Source: a candidate division WWE3 bacterium (GTDB taxonomy: Bacteria; Patescibacteriota; WWE3; UBA101185; UBA10185). From it: a stretch of 64,000 bases of DNA. Numbering within the stretch: position 1 is the first letter of the stretch; each line of letters starts with the position of its first letter. The position numbers and the translations under genes were made by a program. Positions 1-11,700 of the stretch are shown one piece after another. The notes beneath the pieces are model-generated. The model had not been told where the DNA came from and did no database searches. It worked only from the letters and a program-made list of their open reading frames with translations. The stretch spans positions 32,985-96,984 of the forward strand of contig QZJF01000005.1 of the NCBI GenBank assembly GCA_003599255.1, in the 5' to 3' direction.

Positions 1-390
1 CTTTGGGATATTCAAGGTAACAAGTTTCACGAAATATTGTGGAAGATGTTACATATAGTCGACAACTATAATCCCGATATGACTGTAAAAGTCTTAGAAG
101 AAGGGTATGAAACCATTTCAATTTGGAATCAAGAGGATGTTAAAAGCATACAAAACAAACAATTAGTTGAAGATATAAATTTAAATTTACTCATTTTGAA
201 ATCCATGCATAGCGACCAATTTTGGTGGGCAAGTAATATGACCATCTATGATAAACATCTTTTTAGTCCATTAATGATCGAAAACTCCGTTAATATGTAC
301 AGAAAGATTGCACCTATGTTAAATAATGAAAATCTTTTTAATGAAATCACCGCATTATGTGATGAAGTATCTCTACTTTTGAAATCCTAA
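1..390 (+). CDS. 3' end of a gene entering from upstream of the window; likely C-terminal part of a GH57-family paralog
   Basis: The reading frame is open from nt 1 (LWDIQGNKFHEILWKM...), so the track ORF starting at M37 is the tail of a longer gene. The motif DQFWWASNMT matches DQYWWASAKPWW in the C-terminal helical domain of the adjacent GH57 ORF. Confidence 0.4.
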   Translation, partial: LWDIQGNKFHEILWKMLHIVDNYNPDMTVKVLEEGYETISIWNQEDVKSIQNKQLVEDINLNLLILKSMHSDQFWWASNMTIYDKHLFSPLMIENSVNMYRKIAPMLNNENLFNEITALCDEVSLLLKS

Positions 391-396
391 TTATCT

Positions 397-2013
397 ATGA
401 AAATAGCAGTTTTACTCCATTTTTATCAGCCGGTGAACCAACAATTGGATATTCTAAATAGAATCGTCCACGAGAGTTATTTGCCTTTAACAAGGGGATT
501 GCTTAAGTCCAAGAAGGGGAAGATTATTATTAATTTTAACGGATCCCTGGTCGATTTACTTAATGGTGACCTGTTCAAAGATACTGACACTGCGGGCATA
601 GACACTTCTGTGTATAAAGAAGTACTCGATAATATAAGAAAACTCTACGAAGACGGAAGAGTTGAGCTTACAGGGAGCGCAAAATATCATCCGTTTCTTC
701 CCTTAATTCCCGAAGAAGAAATACAAAATCAAATCAATATCAACAATAAAAGTAATATACAGGCGTTTGGTGCTCAATATAAGCCTACAGGATTCTTTTC
801 ACCGGAAATGGCTGTGTCCGATAAAGTTATGTCGGTTGTAAAAGAGCAGGGATATACATGGGTCGCAAGTCCGGAATTGTCATTTAAGAGTGATAACCCC
901 GACACGTATAAGATGTATAAGGATCGCAAATCGGGTCTAAAATTGTTGTTCAGGAATAAAAGAGTCAGTTCCATAATTTTGTCTTCTGTTTGTCGGGATG
1001 TTGAAGATCTTCTAAAAGAAACAAAGGATATATACGAGAAAGATAATTACTGGTTTTGTGTCATGGACGCCGAAACTTTTGGGCATCATAGGATAGGTCA
1101 TGAAAAATTCCTTTTTGAAATACTTGACAGCCCTTATTTTGAGCCGGTGACAGTTTCTGACATACTTTCTATGAACATGCCGGAAGAAGAAGTTGACATA
1201 AGACCCAGCACTTGGAGTAACGAGGAACAGGACTTCTGGTTGGACAGAGAAAGGAATGTACCTACAGAGGCACGTTCTTTCATATTATGGAGGGACCCGG
1301 AAAATCCTATTCACGCTCTTCAGTGGGAATTGACAAATAACGTCATAGATGTGCTTAAAAATCACAAAAATAAGGATTCCCCCGAGTACGTAGAAGCGCG
1401 TGAACTTATGGACAAGGCGATTGCTTCTGATCAGTATTGGTGGGCATCTGCAAAACCGTGGTGGAGCCTGGAGATGGTGGAACAGGGTGCCTATGAAACT
1501 AAAAAAGTTCTAGAAATTCTAAAAGCATCGCCCGACATACTGGAAAAAGCCGACAGAATATACAGAAATATTTTGGATTTGGCATTCGAGTGGCAGAGGG
1601 AGGGGATAATAAGAAAAAGACATTTGTCACACTCCGGTACATATTTGAAAGACACTTTCAAAAAACGTACTCCTCCGGATTGGTACAATCTTATGGTTCT
1701 GGAGCTTGAATTTGAAATGAAGGCATCTGCAGAACGGCGTGACTTTGAGAAAGCAATAAAGTGGAGAGATGCTCTAATAAAAATGGAAAACGGAAACGAT
1801 GTCTATGATGTACTTCATGTAGTCGATGAATTATGGTCTGCCAAACATCTTCCGACTATTAAAGCCTTTCTGCAGCATGATTGGGAGGAATTGAGCGATT
1901 TTTCTAAACAGTATTTTATTGACAGAGCCGGAAATAAAATAACACGCGAAGCGTTTGAGCTCTGGAAAAAAGAATTAGGCCATTTGTACGAGACAAAGAA
2001 GGAAGATAAATAG
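397..2013 (+). CDS. Glycoside hydrolase family 57 α-glucan enzyme (glycogen branching enzyme / 4-α-glucanotransferase-like)
   Basis: N-terminal LLHFYQP is the GH57 HQP signature. GFFSPEMAVS fits the motif-III nucleophile Glu and DAETFGHH the motif-IV acid/base. Length is 538 aa, and the gene sits directly upstream of glgA. Confidence 0.8.
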   Translation: MKIAVLLHFYQPVNQQLDILNRIVHESYLPLTRGLLKSKKGKIIINFNGSLVDLLNGDLFKDTDTAGIDTSVYKEVLDNIRKLYEDGRVELTGSAKYHPFLPLIPEEEIQNQININNKSNIQAFGAQYKPTGFFSPEMAVSDKVMSVVKEQGYTWVASPELSFKSDNPDTYKMYKDRKSGLKLLFRNKRVSSIILSSVCRDVEDLLKETKDIYEKDNYWFCVMDAETFGHHRIGHEKFLFEILDSPYFEPVTVSDILSMNMPEEEVDIRPSTWSNEEQDFWLDRERNVPTEARSFILWRDPENPIHALQWELTNNVIDVLKNHKNKDSPEYVEARELMDKAIASDQYWWASAKPWWSLEMVEQGAYETKKVLEILKASPDILEKADRIYRNILDLAFEWQREGIIRKRHLSHSGTYLKDTFKKRTPPDWYNLMVLELEFEMKASAERRDFEKAIKWRDALIKMENGNDVYDVLHVVDELWSAKHLPTIKAFLQHDWEELSDFSKQYFIDRAGNKITREAFELWKKELGHLYETKKEDK

Positions 2014-2049
2014 GTATCTATTTCAAATTTATCCATCTTTTGATAACCT

Positions 2050-3474
2050 GTGTATATGAAAGTATTGCTGCCCGCATCCGAAGTTGCGCCGATAATAAAA
2101 CTGGGGGGACTGGGGGACGTTGTAGGTTCCTTGCCTAAGGCTCTTGCAGAGCTTGGTGTCAACGTAGACGTAATTGTTCCTTTCTACCCATTTGCCAAAG
2201 TTGAGAATTTAAAACTCTATAAAAGTTTGGAGCTAAATGTCCCTTATGAGGGGACAAATGTTCCGGTAGAGGTTTATAAGACCAAACTCCCTGATTCTGA
2301 TGTAGATGTAATTTTGCTTAAGAATCATAAGTATTTTTCCGATTACGGAAAGAAAAAATCCGTTGGAGAAATTTCTGAGATTGATATGTTTTCCTTTTTT
2401 GACAGGGCAGTGGTTGAATATATTAAATCCGGGTTTAACACTTACGATCTGATTCACTGTAACGATTGGCACACAGGTATGATCACCCATTTACTTAGTG
2501 ATGAGCTTGAAAAATCGCGTCCCGCTACGCTTTTTACAGTACATAATCTTTTATATCAAGGCATAAGTTCCGCAGATTTGATCAATGATTTAGGAATAAT
2601 ACCCGGCATGCACCCCCTGATAGATTGGGACATCGCAGACGGAGATATAAACTTTATGCAGCAGGGAATCACCTCAAGTGACTTTGTAAACACTGTTTCT
2701 CCAACATATGCCAAGGAAATTCTTACGGAAGAATATGGCGGGAGTTTTGCCGATATTCTTAAAGCAAGAGAGGGGAGGCTCATGGGGATTTTAAATGGTA
2801 TAGACTACACCAGTTTCCCTAGAGAGTTTAATGAATCGAATTGGCAGGAAATTAAACCTAAATTAAAGTCGCGGCTCATTAAAGAGTTTGAACTTGATAA
2901 CGACGGGTCAAAACCCATAATTTCATTTGTAGGACGACTGGATCCCAACCAGAAAGGATTAGACATATTATGTGAAGCACTGCCAAATATCCTGGATCAA
3001 GACGTCAATTTTGTGTTACTGGGGGATGGAGATGACGTATGGAAACAGAAGTTGCTTGATATATCAAAGGAGACTAAATACAAAGGAAACCTTGGGCTAA
3101 AACTGGCATTCGATGTAGAACTTGCTAAATCAATATATTCCGGCAGTGACTTTCTTGTTGTTCCCTCCAAGTATGAACCTTGCGGGTTAATTCAGATGAT
3201 ATCAATGTGGTATGGTACTTTGCCAGTAGTTAGAGATACCGGAGGGCTGAAAGATAGTGTCAAAGACGGAAAGACAGGTATAAAATTCACTGACTATAAG
3301 TCGGAAAGCCTTTTTGATGCTGTTAAGAAAGCCAAAGACATATTTTATGGACCCGCCATGGTGGAAATGGTAAACGCTGCAATTCGTGAGGATTTTAGTT
3401 GGAAAAAAAGTGCGATGTCATATAGTGACCTGTATAAAAAAGTTGTTCAATTACGCCTAGATGCGTTGAAATAA
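2050..3474 (+). CDS. glgA: Glycogen/starch synthase (GT5)
   Basis: N-terminal EVAPIIKLGGLGDVVGSLPKAL is the K-x-GGL GT5 donor-binding motif. The protein is 474 aa and matches GlgA architecture. Confidence 0.85.
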   Translation: MYMKVLLPASEVAPIIKLGGLGDVVGSLPKALAELGVNVDVIVPFYPFAKVENLKLYKSLELNVPYEGTNVPVEVYKTKLPDSDVDVILLKNHKYFSDYGKKKSVGEISEIDMFSFFDRAVVEYIKSGFNTYDLIHCNDWHTGMITHLLSDELEKSRPATLFTVHNLLYQGISSADLINDLGIIPGMHPLIDWDIADGDINFMQQGITSSDFVNTVSPTYAKEILTEEYGGSFADILKAREGRLMGILNGIDYTSFPREFNESNWQEIKPKLKSRLIKEFELDNDGSKPIISFVGRLDPNQKGLDILCEALPNILDQDVNFVLLGDGDDVWKQKLLDISKETKYKGNLGLKLAFDVELAKSIYSGSDFLVVPSKYEPCGLIQMISMWYGTLPVVRDTGGLKDSVKDGKTGIKFTDYKSESLFDAVKKAKDIFYGPAMVEMVNAAIREDFSWKKSAMSYSDLYKKVVQLRLDALK

Positions 3475-3485
3475 AAGGAAAAAAC

Positions 3486-4433
3486 ATGAGCCAATTCATA
3501 TTTGATGAACTAACCGGAATACCTACCATACTTGCCTCGAAAAGAGCAAAGAGAACCGATCAAACAGGCGCTGTATCCAGCAAAGAAAAGAGTCCTGAAG
3601 AAAAAACAGTATGTTTTTTCTGCAAGGGCAACGAACATTTAACTCCACCGGCGACTTACCAAGATGCTGACGACTGGAATGTGCGGGTTTTTAAAAACAA
3701 ATTTCCTATAGTTGACGATCATGAAATAATCGTTCATTCGCCTGAGCATGACAAGGATTTGACGGAACTTCCGCAGGATCAAAACGTTAGATACATCAGG
3801 GCTATTCTTAATAGAGTCCATTACTACACATCCAGCGGTATGGAAGTGATGGTATTTAATAATAGGGGAGGCAAGGCGGGTGCCTCGATTTTGCACCCTC
3901 ACACCCAAATAATAGCATTGGCAGGGTTTCCCGGAATTTTGGAACTGGAAAAACACGAGGCGTTGCGATATTACAACGAGCATCATTCGTGTTACTGGTG
4001 CGACATGATAAAGTCCGAGGCGGTGATAGGCGAGCGGGTGGTTTATGAATCCAAACATTTTATAGTGCTCGTTCCTAAAGCCAGCCGTTGGAGTTATGAA
4101 ATGATTCTGGTTCCGAAATCTCACAAGCCCAATTTTGAGTTTGTAGATGAAATGGAGATTAACGACTTCGCGAGAATCCTCAAGGCCGCGCTGTATGCGT
4201 ACGATCAATTGTTTAATAGACCGGACAGGAACTTTTGGATTCACACTCAACGATATGATCCTTATCACTGGCATGTCGGATTTATACCTCACATTAAAGT
4301 TGTTGGCGGGTTGGAGCTGGGAGCCGGAGTATGGGTTAGTGACAGAGCAAGTCCGGAAGATGCCGCGTTGCAGCTGGAGCCTTACGTTAAACGTATGTAT
4401 GAGGAAGGCGACGGTATTAAAACACTTGCATAA
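3486..4433 (+). CDS. GalT-like HIT-family hexose-1-phosphate nucleotidyltransferase (galactose-1-P uridylyltransferase / ADP-glucose phosphorylase-like)
   Basis: SKRAKRTDQ near the N-terminus, the Zn-site CFFCKGNEHLTPP and the active-site HPHTQII (His-Pro-His) are class I GalT signatures. The gene is co-oriented with, and follows, GH57 and glgA. Confidence 0.7.
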   Translation: MSQFIFDELTGIPTILASKRAKRTDQTGAVSSKEKSPEEKTVCFFCKGNEHLTPPATYQDADDWNVRVFKNKFPIVDDHEIIVHSPEHDKDLTELPQDQNVRYIRAILNRVHYYTSSGMEVMVFNNRGGKAGASILHPHTQIIALAGFPGILELEKHEALRYYNEHHSCYWCDMIKSEAVIGERVVYESKHFIVLVPKASRWSYEMILVPKSHKPNFEFVDEMEINDFARILKAALYAYDQLFNRPDRNFWIHTQRYDPYHWHVGFIPHIKVVGGLELGAGVWVSDRASPEDAALQLEPYVKRMYEEGDGIKTLA

Positions 4434-4472
4434 AGCTCCGGATCATGAAGAAATAAACCTGTTAAGAAAAGG

Positions 4473-4498
4473 AAAAGCTCCCCAATTGGGGAGCTTTT
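4473..4498. terminator. Bidirectional intrinsic terminator between convergent GalT-like gene and rplL
   Basis: Perfect hairpin AAAAGCTCCCC-AATT-GGGGAGCTTTT. It is flanked by an A-run on the left and a T-run on the right, so it can act as a rho-independent terminator on both strands. Confidence 0.75.
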
Positions 4499-4522
4499 GT
4501 ATTCAATTTAAGTTAAGCAAAA

Positions 4523-4948
4523 TTACTTCAATTCTACTTTAGCGCCTGCTTCTTCTAGTTTCTTCTTGGCGTTATCTGCGTCCTCTTTCTTTGCACCTTC
4601 CAGAATTGCCTTGGGGGCCGATTCTACAAGATTTTTTGCTTCTACAAGACCCAGTGCAGGATTGATTTCCCTTACTGCCTTGATAACGGCGATTTTATTG
4701 TCACCGGCGGCTGCTAAAACTACGTCAAACTCTGTCTTTTCTTCCTGGGGTTCTGCGGCTTCACCGTTGCCTGCTGCTGCCGGCATTGCACCCATCATCA
4801 TAGGAGCGGCTGCTGTTACCCCAAATTTCTCTTCGAGAGCTTTGACCAAGTCATTAAGTTCAAGTACGGTCATTTCGCCGACTAATTCCATGACTTTTTC
4901 TGCGTTTTTGCTTAACTTTACTTCTTTTTCGTCTGCCATATCTAACAC
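4523..4948 (-). CDS. rplL: 50S ribosomal protein L7/L12
   Basis: [41 protein letters not shown], an Ala/Met/Pro hinge, then ...[57 protein letters not shown]. This is an unambiguous L12. Confidence 0.95.
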   Translation of the reverse strand: MLDMADEKEVKLSKNAEKVMELVGEMTVLELNDLVKALEEKFGVTAAAPMMMGAMPAAAGNGEAAEPQEEKTEFDVVLAAAGDNKIAVIKAVREINPALGLVEAKNLVESAPKAILEGAKKEDADNAKKKLEEAGAKVELK

Positions 4949-4969
4949 CTCCTTTAAATATCTTATAAA

Positions 4970-5500
4970 TTATTCGTTTTTGCTGTCAGCAATTGCCGAT
5001 AGGGCGTAAACAAATTTTCTCTGCACACCCGAGAAAGTGCTGACAATACCATTGATAGGTGATTTAAGGCCGCCTACAACCTGTGCAATCAATTGTTCTC
5101 TACCGGGTAGTTTGCTTATAACTTCCACTTCATCTGCGGTGCTGTATCTACCCTCGAATATTGCCGATTTAACCTTAGGTAACTCTAATTTGTTTATGTA
5201 ATCAAAGATGATCTTTATTGGTTTTACCGGGTCGCTGTACGCGAAGATTAGCGCAGTGGGACCCTCAAGATCCTTATTTAACTCTTCATTGCCCATTTTC
5301 TTCTCGTCCAGTGCCACCTTTACAAGGGTGTTTTTGATAACTTCAAGCTCTGCATCGTTTTCTTTTAATGTCTGTCTAAGTTCACCCAGATCGGATGCCT
5401 TAAGCCCAATATAGTCAGCAAAAGTTACTGCTCTGGCTTTTTCAAGTTTTTGTTTAATTTCGTCTACTATTTCTTTGTTTTTTTCTTTTATGGTTTGCAT
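4970..5500 (-). CDS. rplJ: 50S ribosomal protein L10
   Basis: 176 aa protein immediately upstream of rplL. AVTFADYIGLKASDLGELRQTLKE and the C-terminal L12-binding helix region are typical of L10. Confidence 0.9.
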   Translation of the reverse strand: MQTIKEKNKEIVDEIKQKLEKARAVTFADYIGLKASDLGELRQTLKENDAELEVIKNTLVKVALDEKKMGNEELNKDLEGPTALIFAYSDPVKPIKIIFDYINKLELPKVKSAIFEGRYSTADEVEVISKLPGREQLIAQVVGGLKSPINGIVSTFSGVQRKFVYALSAIADSKNE

Positions 5501-5752
5501 AAATTTTTAGTGAATATGCTATTGTTGCCGGAAATAGGCAACAAAGCACATTCTCTCCCGGGTAAAAAAATACCCACCAAAGACGGTGAGTATAAAACAG
5601 TTATGTCATTGCTAGAGCGATTAATTAAAATTGCATAGACTCATAGAATGACTTTGTTTACCTCGGCAAGATAATTAAGCTTGTCCGTTAGGGAGCAGCC
5701 CTTGCTGTCTTTGGTACAGATGCAAGTTTACTAGAATACCGCCCGTTGTCAA
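5501..5752 (-). promoter_or_regulatory. rplJ promoter and about 215-nt leader (candidate L10 autoregulatory leader)
   Basis: Read on the minus strand: TTGACA at 5752–5747 (revcomp TGTCAA on plus), a 16-nt spacer, then TAAACT at 5730–5725 (revcomp AGTTTA). This begins about 20 nt after the stop of giant gene 1. The long leader contains a perfect 8-bp hairpin TTGTTGCC-GGAAATA-GGCAACAA (5521–5544) about 20 nt before the rplJ ATG. Confidence 0.35.
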
Positions 5753-5770
5753 TAAGACACTTATATTGTT

Positions 5771-8700
5771 TTAATAACCGAAATTGACACTACCGGCGTT
5801 AAAGTCGGTTCTGATTTGGTCTGCGGTAAGAGGGTAGTTGTAAACTTTAACCTCGTCTACCAGTCCGTTAAAGAAATTTTGAGTAGTATTTAATGCCCCA
5901 ATAGTAAAAGGGGAAGTACTATCAAATATTGAACTAGGACATGTACCGGAGACAGAGGTAAATTGAGCTCGTCCATCGATATATACAATTGGGGTACTTG
6001 CATCGTAGGTAAAAGCAACATGATGCCAGTTTCCTACAACTAGCGGTGTTGTGGTTGTTGTAACCGTGCAACTAGTACCGGTGAAAGGGGCACCGTTGTC
6101 ATCGAGTAAAATGGCTACTCCGCCAAAGGGGTTAATATCAACAGAGTATGATACCTGATTGCCTCCTGCCACCCATTTGCCTATAATGCTTGCATATTCG
6201 AGGACCGTTGGATTAATCCAAGCAGTAATGGATCCCTTGGTGGTTATATCAAAAACGCTGTTATCAGTAACACTAACGTAATCATCGGTTCCGTCAAAAG
6301 CCAGTGACCCGTTTCTTTTACCGGAGGCACCATTGTACCAGGCATCTGAAGCTGACCCCGAACAAGTCCCTGCGGAGCTATGACTTCCGGATCCCCCGAT
6401 TGTAATTGTGCCATTATTGCCTCCGGACTCGTTGTTGGAAGTTCTCGAGGTATCGTTAGCTATGTCACCGCTGCATTCGTCCAATTTAAATTCCGCGACA
6501 GGTGCTCCTCTGTTGTATTCCCAAGCGATTTGTGCCGCAGTTCGAGGGTAGTTGTAGATTCTAACATCATCAAGTGTTCCGTTCAGTAAATTTGTTGAGG
6601 CTGCCTGAGCTCCAAGCAATACAGTAACGGCATTGGAGGAGGTTGTTGCGGGAATAGTACCGCTGAGAGTTAAAGCTTGTTCTTTTCCGTTGAGATAAAA
6701 CTTGAGCCTACTGGATGTTGCAAGGGAACCGTCGTATACCATGGTCCAAAGGTTCCATGTATCGGTTGTAAGTATATCGCCGGTAGTATAGCCATAGGCA
6801 GCACTTCCGTTGCTTAAGTACAGGACAACGTCATTGTTTCCACTTCCAACAGCTCCGGAACCGGCTTGCATTATTGTTCTGGCCGTGGAGTTTTGCGTTT
6901 TCGAGAAAACTGTAGCAAGGTCGGTGAGTGAATTCTGCTTTACCCATGCGGATACAGTGAATTGGGAAACACCGTCCAAATCATCGAGATCTGCAGTCGA
7001 AATGTATCCGGAAGAACCATCAAATTCGACAGCAGCTCCGATTTTACCCACCGTCCAGCTTGTTCCGGTTTGCAACGTGCCATTCTCGTTTCCGCTGTGT
7101 TCCTGCGCAATATTACTTGCTGTTGTACCTGTATTGTCATCAAGGGGCCAATGTGATATGGGGGCGGAACACGTATCAGAGCTTCCCGGCACACACATAC
7201 TTCTGCTGTCTGAGTAACTAGGTGAACCGGCGGCATCTGTTGATACTGCTCCCCAGGAAGCTGATTTCGCTCTATTAAATAGAAGTTTAATTTGGTCCGA
7301 GGTCAAAGCTGTGTCGTAGAAGGCAGTTTCGTCAATATTTCCGTTAAACTCATCTCCGTTGTCGGTTGCATCAAGGTCGCCAATTATCAGATTTGTGGCA
7401 CCGTCAAGTGAGGTTGTGGCGGAAATTGTAGTGTCGGAGTTTTGGAGTACTCCGTCCACATAAATATCTATTCGGGATGTTAAGGTTTTAACTGCTGTAA
7501 CCATGTGCCATTGGTTGTCGTAAAAATTGCGTGAGGTAGTAGCAGTGTCGTCCGGATTACATGTTGTATCGTCGTCTATTCCAAAGACCAGTTGCCCCGA
7601 AGTATTGAAATACAAAACATATCCTTTTGAGCCGGCAACACATCCTCGTCCTGCCAGATATTCGATAGACGCAGGGGCTGTAGAGGAAGACGACTTTACC
7701 CACATGTTTATGGTAAAACTTCCGGTTCCGAATGAGAATATTCCACTGGTGCTGACAGCCTTGTAAATTCCTGCCACATTATATGCTTTTCCGAATTTTC
7801 CTTCATTAGTCCAGTAACTACCGCTGGCCAAGTTATTCAAATTTAAATCCGCACTGTTTATACTTTCGTCGTAGGCAAGATTCCCGGTTCCCTCATCAAA
7901 TTTCCAATAGGCTATTGCAGATCCTACTGGAGAGCCGGGGACAGGGTGCCCGGCATTCATATCCTCAATTACTTGTGTAGATGTTCTGTCGTAATTATAA
8001 ATTTTAACTTCATCGACAGCTCCGGGCACGTAAGTTGTGTTGGCCCGGCCGATGTAGATATCCGATCCTGAGCCATCGGTTGCCGCTCCGGAAGGAGTCT
8101 GATTTTCCGTAATGGATTGCTTTACCCCGTTTATATAAATGGAAGGGTCATTGCTTGTAGAAGAAGCGTCGTAAGATACGGATATATGTGTCCAGGTTTC
8201 TTTTGGTATGTTGTATCCGGTGGTCCACTCTCCGGACACTGTCGCTCTGTCATAAGTAAAATCAATCCTCATATTATCTCCAGACTGGTCCGTATACCAC
8301 GTTCCTGCACCAGCTCCTAATATTGCCCTCGAGTTGGTATCTCCAAAATCATCCAATTTTACCCATGCAGATACCGTGCCGTTTGTGTAGTAGACGCTAT
8401 CAATTGTTGAGCCGCTTCCCACATTGATGTAGTCAGTACTTCCGTTTAGATCCAGCGCGTTTCCAAATTTACCGTTAATCCAACTCGGTGTGCCGTTTAG
8501 CGTTCCTGTATTTGAGTTTCCGCTGCTATCATAGGCAGTTGCTCCTGTTCCTTCGTCCATTTTCCAATGTCCGACAGGTCCCGGAGCCCAAAGGTATAAT
8601 TGATTTACCTCCCTTTGTGAAAGTAATCTGTTGTATACACGGACCTCATCAAGATTCCCAAGGAAAGTATCAGATGTGGAAGCGGAAAGTGAACCGATAA

Positions 8701-11700
8701 TTAAATCAGTAGTGTTTGCTACAGATCCGGTATTTCCAAAGGCTTCGTTGTCTAACAAGCCATCTATATAGATACGATGACTGCCTGTGGATTTTTCCCT
8801 GGTTAAAACCACATGGTGCCAAACTCCGTCATTGACGTCAGTGGCAGAAATAGCTGTAGTGCACGCACTACCGGATGTCCAAAAGTACACATTTCCGGAC
8901 CTGACATTTGCAAACCAATCCGACACACCGCTGCCGCAGCCTCCTAGGTCTTTGCTTATGAAGCTGTCATTAACAATATTCGTGTTGTTGGTAGTTGTGT
9001 TCATCCATAAGGAGACGGTAAAATCATCACCAAAATTTAAAGCAGAGGTTTGTGTTACAGAGATGTAATCTCCGGTTCCGTCATTGGATGTACCACGTCC
9101 ATGCTTACCAGATGTTGCCCCCACATTTCCGGCCCATGCTCCGTCATGGTTATTTCCGGAACTATCACAGGAATCATTTACACCTCCGGTACACGAGTCT
9201 GCCGCACTCTCATTCATTTTCCAATAACCTACCAGTCCATCTGTAGCAACATCATTATTAATATTTCCAAAATTTACCCCTGCTTGCGTTCCCAGTAAGT
9301 CCGTTGCTATTTGGTCTGCAGTTCTTTCGTAAGGATAAAAGACCAGCTCGTCTAAAGTTCCGGCCCAGGGATTTGATGTGGCATCACTGTCAATGCCTAC
9401 GTATAAATTACTATTAGAATCCATTGTCCCTGTTGAAACAATAGAAGTTTTGGAGTTGATCAAGACGCCGTCCATATAAATGTAAATAGTTGAAGTCCCG
9501 CTTTTTACAGCGGAGAAGTGGTGCCAGGTCGAGTCTGCGTAACTGCCATAAGTTGAAGTTGTACAAACCTCGTCATCGGGACTCCACGTTGAATCGTCAT
9601 CTACAGCAAAACATACATAACCGCTTGAGTTCATATAAATTTTGTATCCAGATGTGCCATATCTGGCCAGAATAGTATCTGTGCCCGATACTGTGGACGG
9701 GTGTCTAAACCATCCGGAAATTGTGAACGATGTGGTGCCAAAATTAAAATCACTATCTGCGTCCCTGTACAGATAGTCGTCTGTACCGTCAAATAGCAGA
9801 CTCAACGCGGTAATTCCTGTCTGACTTATGTTTGTGCGCTGCCATGTGGCTCCGGAAATGGTCAAGTCATTTTCATAAGTTGTGGAGTCGTGAGCTATAC
9901 TGCCATAGCCTTCATCAAAGTGCCATGTTGCAACGGGTTTTTGCCCCTTACCTGCAGGGAAGTAATCCACTTCGTATTGCACCTCAAATGAAACTAATCC
10001 GGCGTGGTAAGTATCTGTAACTTCAGCTTGGGAAAGTGCATCATCATAAATTCTCAGATCCGAAATGTGTGTATTTGAATGCGCAGCGTTAGTTTTATCT
10101 TGTCCTAAATAGAAGTTACCGGCTGATAGGGTAGGCGCGGAAAATGATCCACCGGTACCTGCGGCTGAGTCAACATAGATATCAAGCCCAGTTCCGGCAC
10201 TCCAGGTAGCTACAATGTGGTGCCATCCATGTTTGGTCCACGATGCCGTACTGCTTGTAGCAGAATTAGTCCCATCAGTGATTGCGATATTGTTTCCAGT
10301 TGTTTTATAGAGCTTTAGTGTTCCTGCAGATGTGTCGGCATCAAGAATTGTATGCTCAACTCCATCGTCGCCGTCCCATTCGGGATTTATCCAAACGCTT
10401 ATACTTCCTGCTGCGTCATCAATATTTGTGGAGGTTGTATAGTCAAGATCCGCTGCTGCCCTTGAGCTTGATGATTCATTTATTGTCCCGCTCCAAGTAT
10501 ATCCGGTGCCCAAGCTACCGTCCGCATAGGTTGTTGGTGCGGATTTTTCTTCCAGTACAAAGCCATCCACATAGAGGGTCTCTCCATCCGGAAGCCACAC
10601 ACCGTAATCTGCGGCCGATGCTGTACCGGTCCCGGTGTATGATAATCTCCACCATCCGCCGCCTACATTTTCGTATGTAGTGGAGCTTTGCGCGGTGCCC
10701 TGCCATACAGCTTGTGCCACCGTGTTGTCTATGGTTCCTCCTACATTTCCTGCAGTTCCTCGATATACATAAAAGGAAAATGTGTGCGTGTTGGTGTTCC
10801 CGGCATTTGTACTATGGACCAATGATGTGGCCGAACCTGCCGCCACTATTTTTGTGCTTCGGGAACCGAATTTTACATATGGTGCGCTGGTTTCTATTGT
10901 TTTAGTCAAATATTCAGGGGATTCAATTGCTGCAGCCAAAAACTTTTTACCAGATGCGGCCACGTTAGTGTAATTAGTTGTCCATCCGCTCGCAGTATCC
11001 ATAGAAACAAATGTGCCCGTGATACCGGTGGTTCCATCATCATTAGGCAAATTAACCGCTTGGTCGTCTGATAAAGTTTGGGCATTTACGGGAGATACTC
11101 CATCTTCATACGCCCAGTTGTTTGAGTAAGATTCGTTTGGATCAAAGACACTAAATCCAAAAGCTCCTGCGTTACCATCAGCGTAAGGAGTGTTCACTGC
11201 TTCTGTCATATTCTCCACTTGAAACACAAATTGTGGTGTAAATCCGGGGGCGGTTTCCGCATAATTACCGGTTGAGGTTGGAGTTGTATGAGTCCCAACC
11301 CAGGAGCTGGAAGAACTTACATCCAATGCAAGATAAAAGAAAGTGGCATTTGATGCTCCACCTGATCTTGTCGTGATAGTGAACCCGCTGGAGTCAAAAG
11401 CACTGAGCTCCCCATACCACACCAAATTTCCGTTTACCTGTGCACCGCCTACAATGCCTGTATCGATGTATCTGGTGGCCGGTGCTCCCTGGCTTGAAAT
11501 ATAAGTAAATCTGTTTGCCAATGCGTGTTGAGTTATTGTTGATCCGTTATATGTTGCCACCCCAAATGAGGAAAGATAAAATTGGGTACTTCCTACAGTA
11601 CCGTTAGTACCGAAAATTATGTCAGGCTGAAATCCCGGGGCAGTAATATCGAACGCGGAATCTTGAGTTGTTCCCAGACCCTGAGTTCCGGCATATGCCT

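Noticed and set aside
4147-4542. 131-aa ORF overlapping the 3' half of the GalT-like gene in another frame
   Set aside because: It lies entirely within a well-supported CDS and has no motif. It is an out-of-frame artefact.
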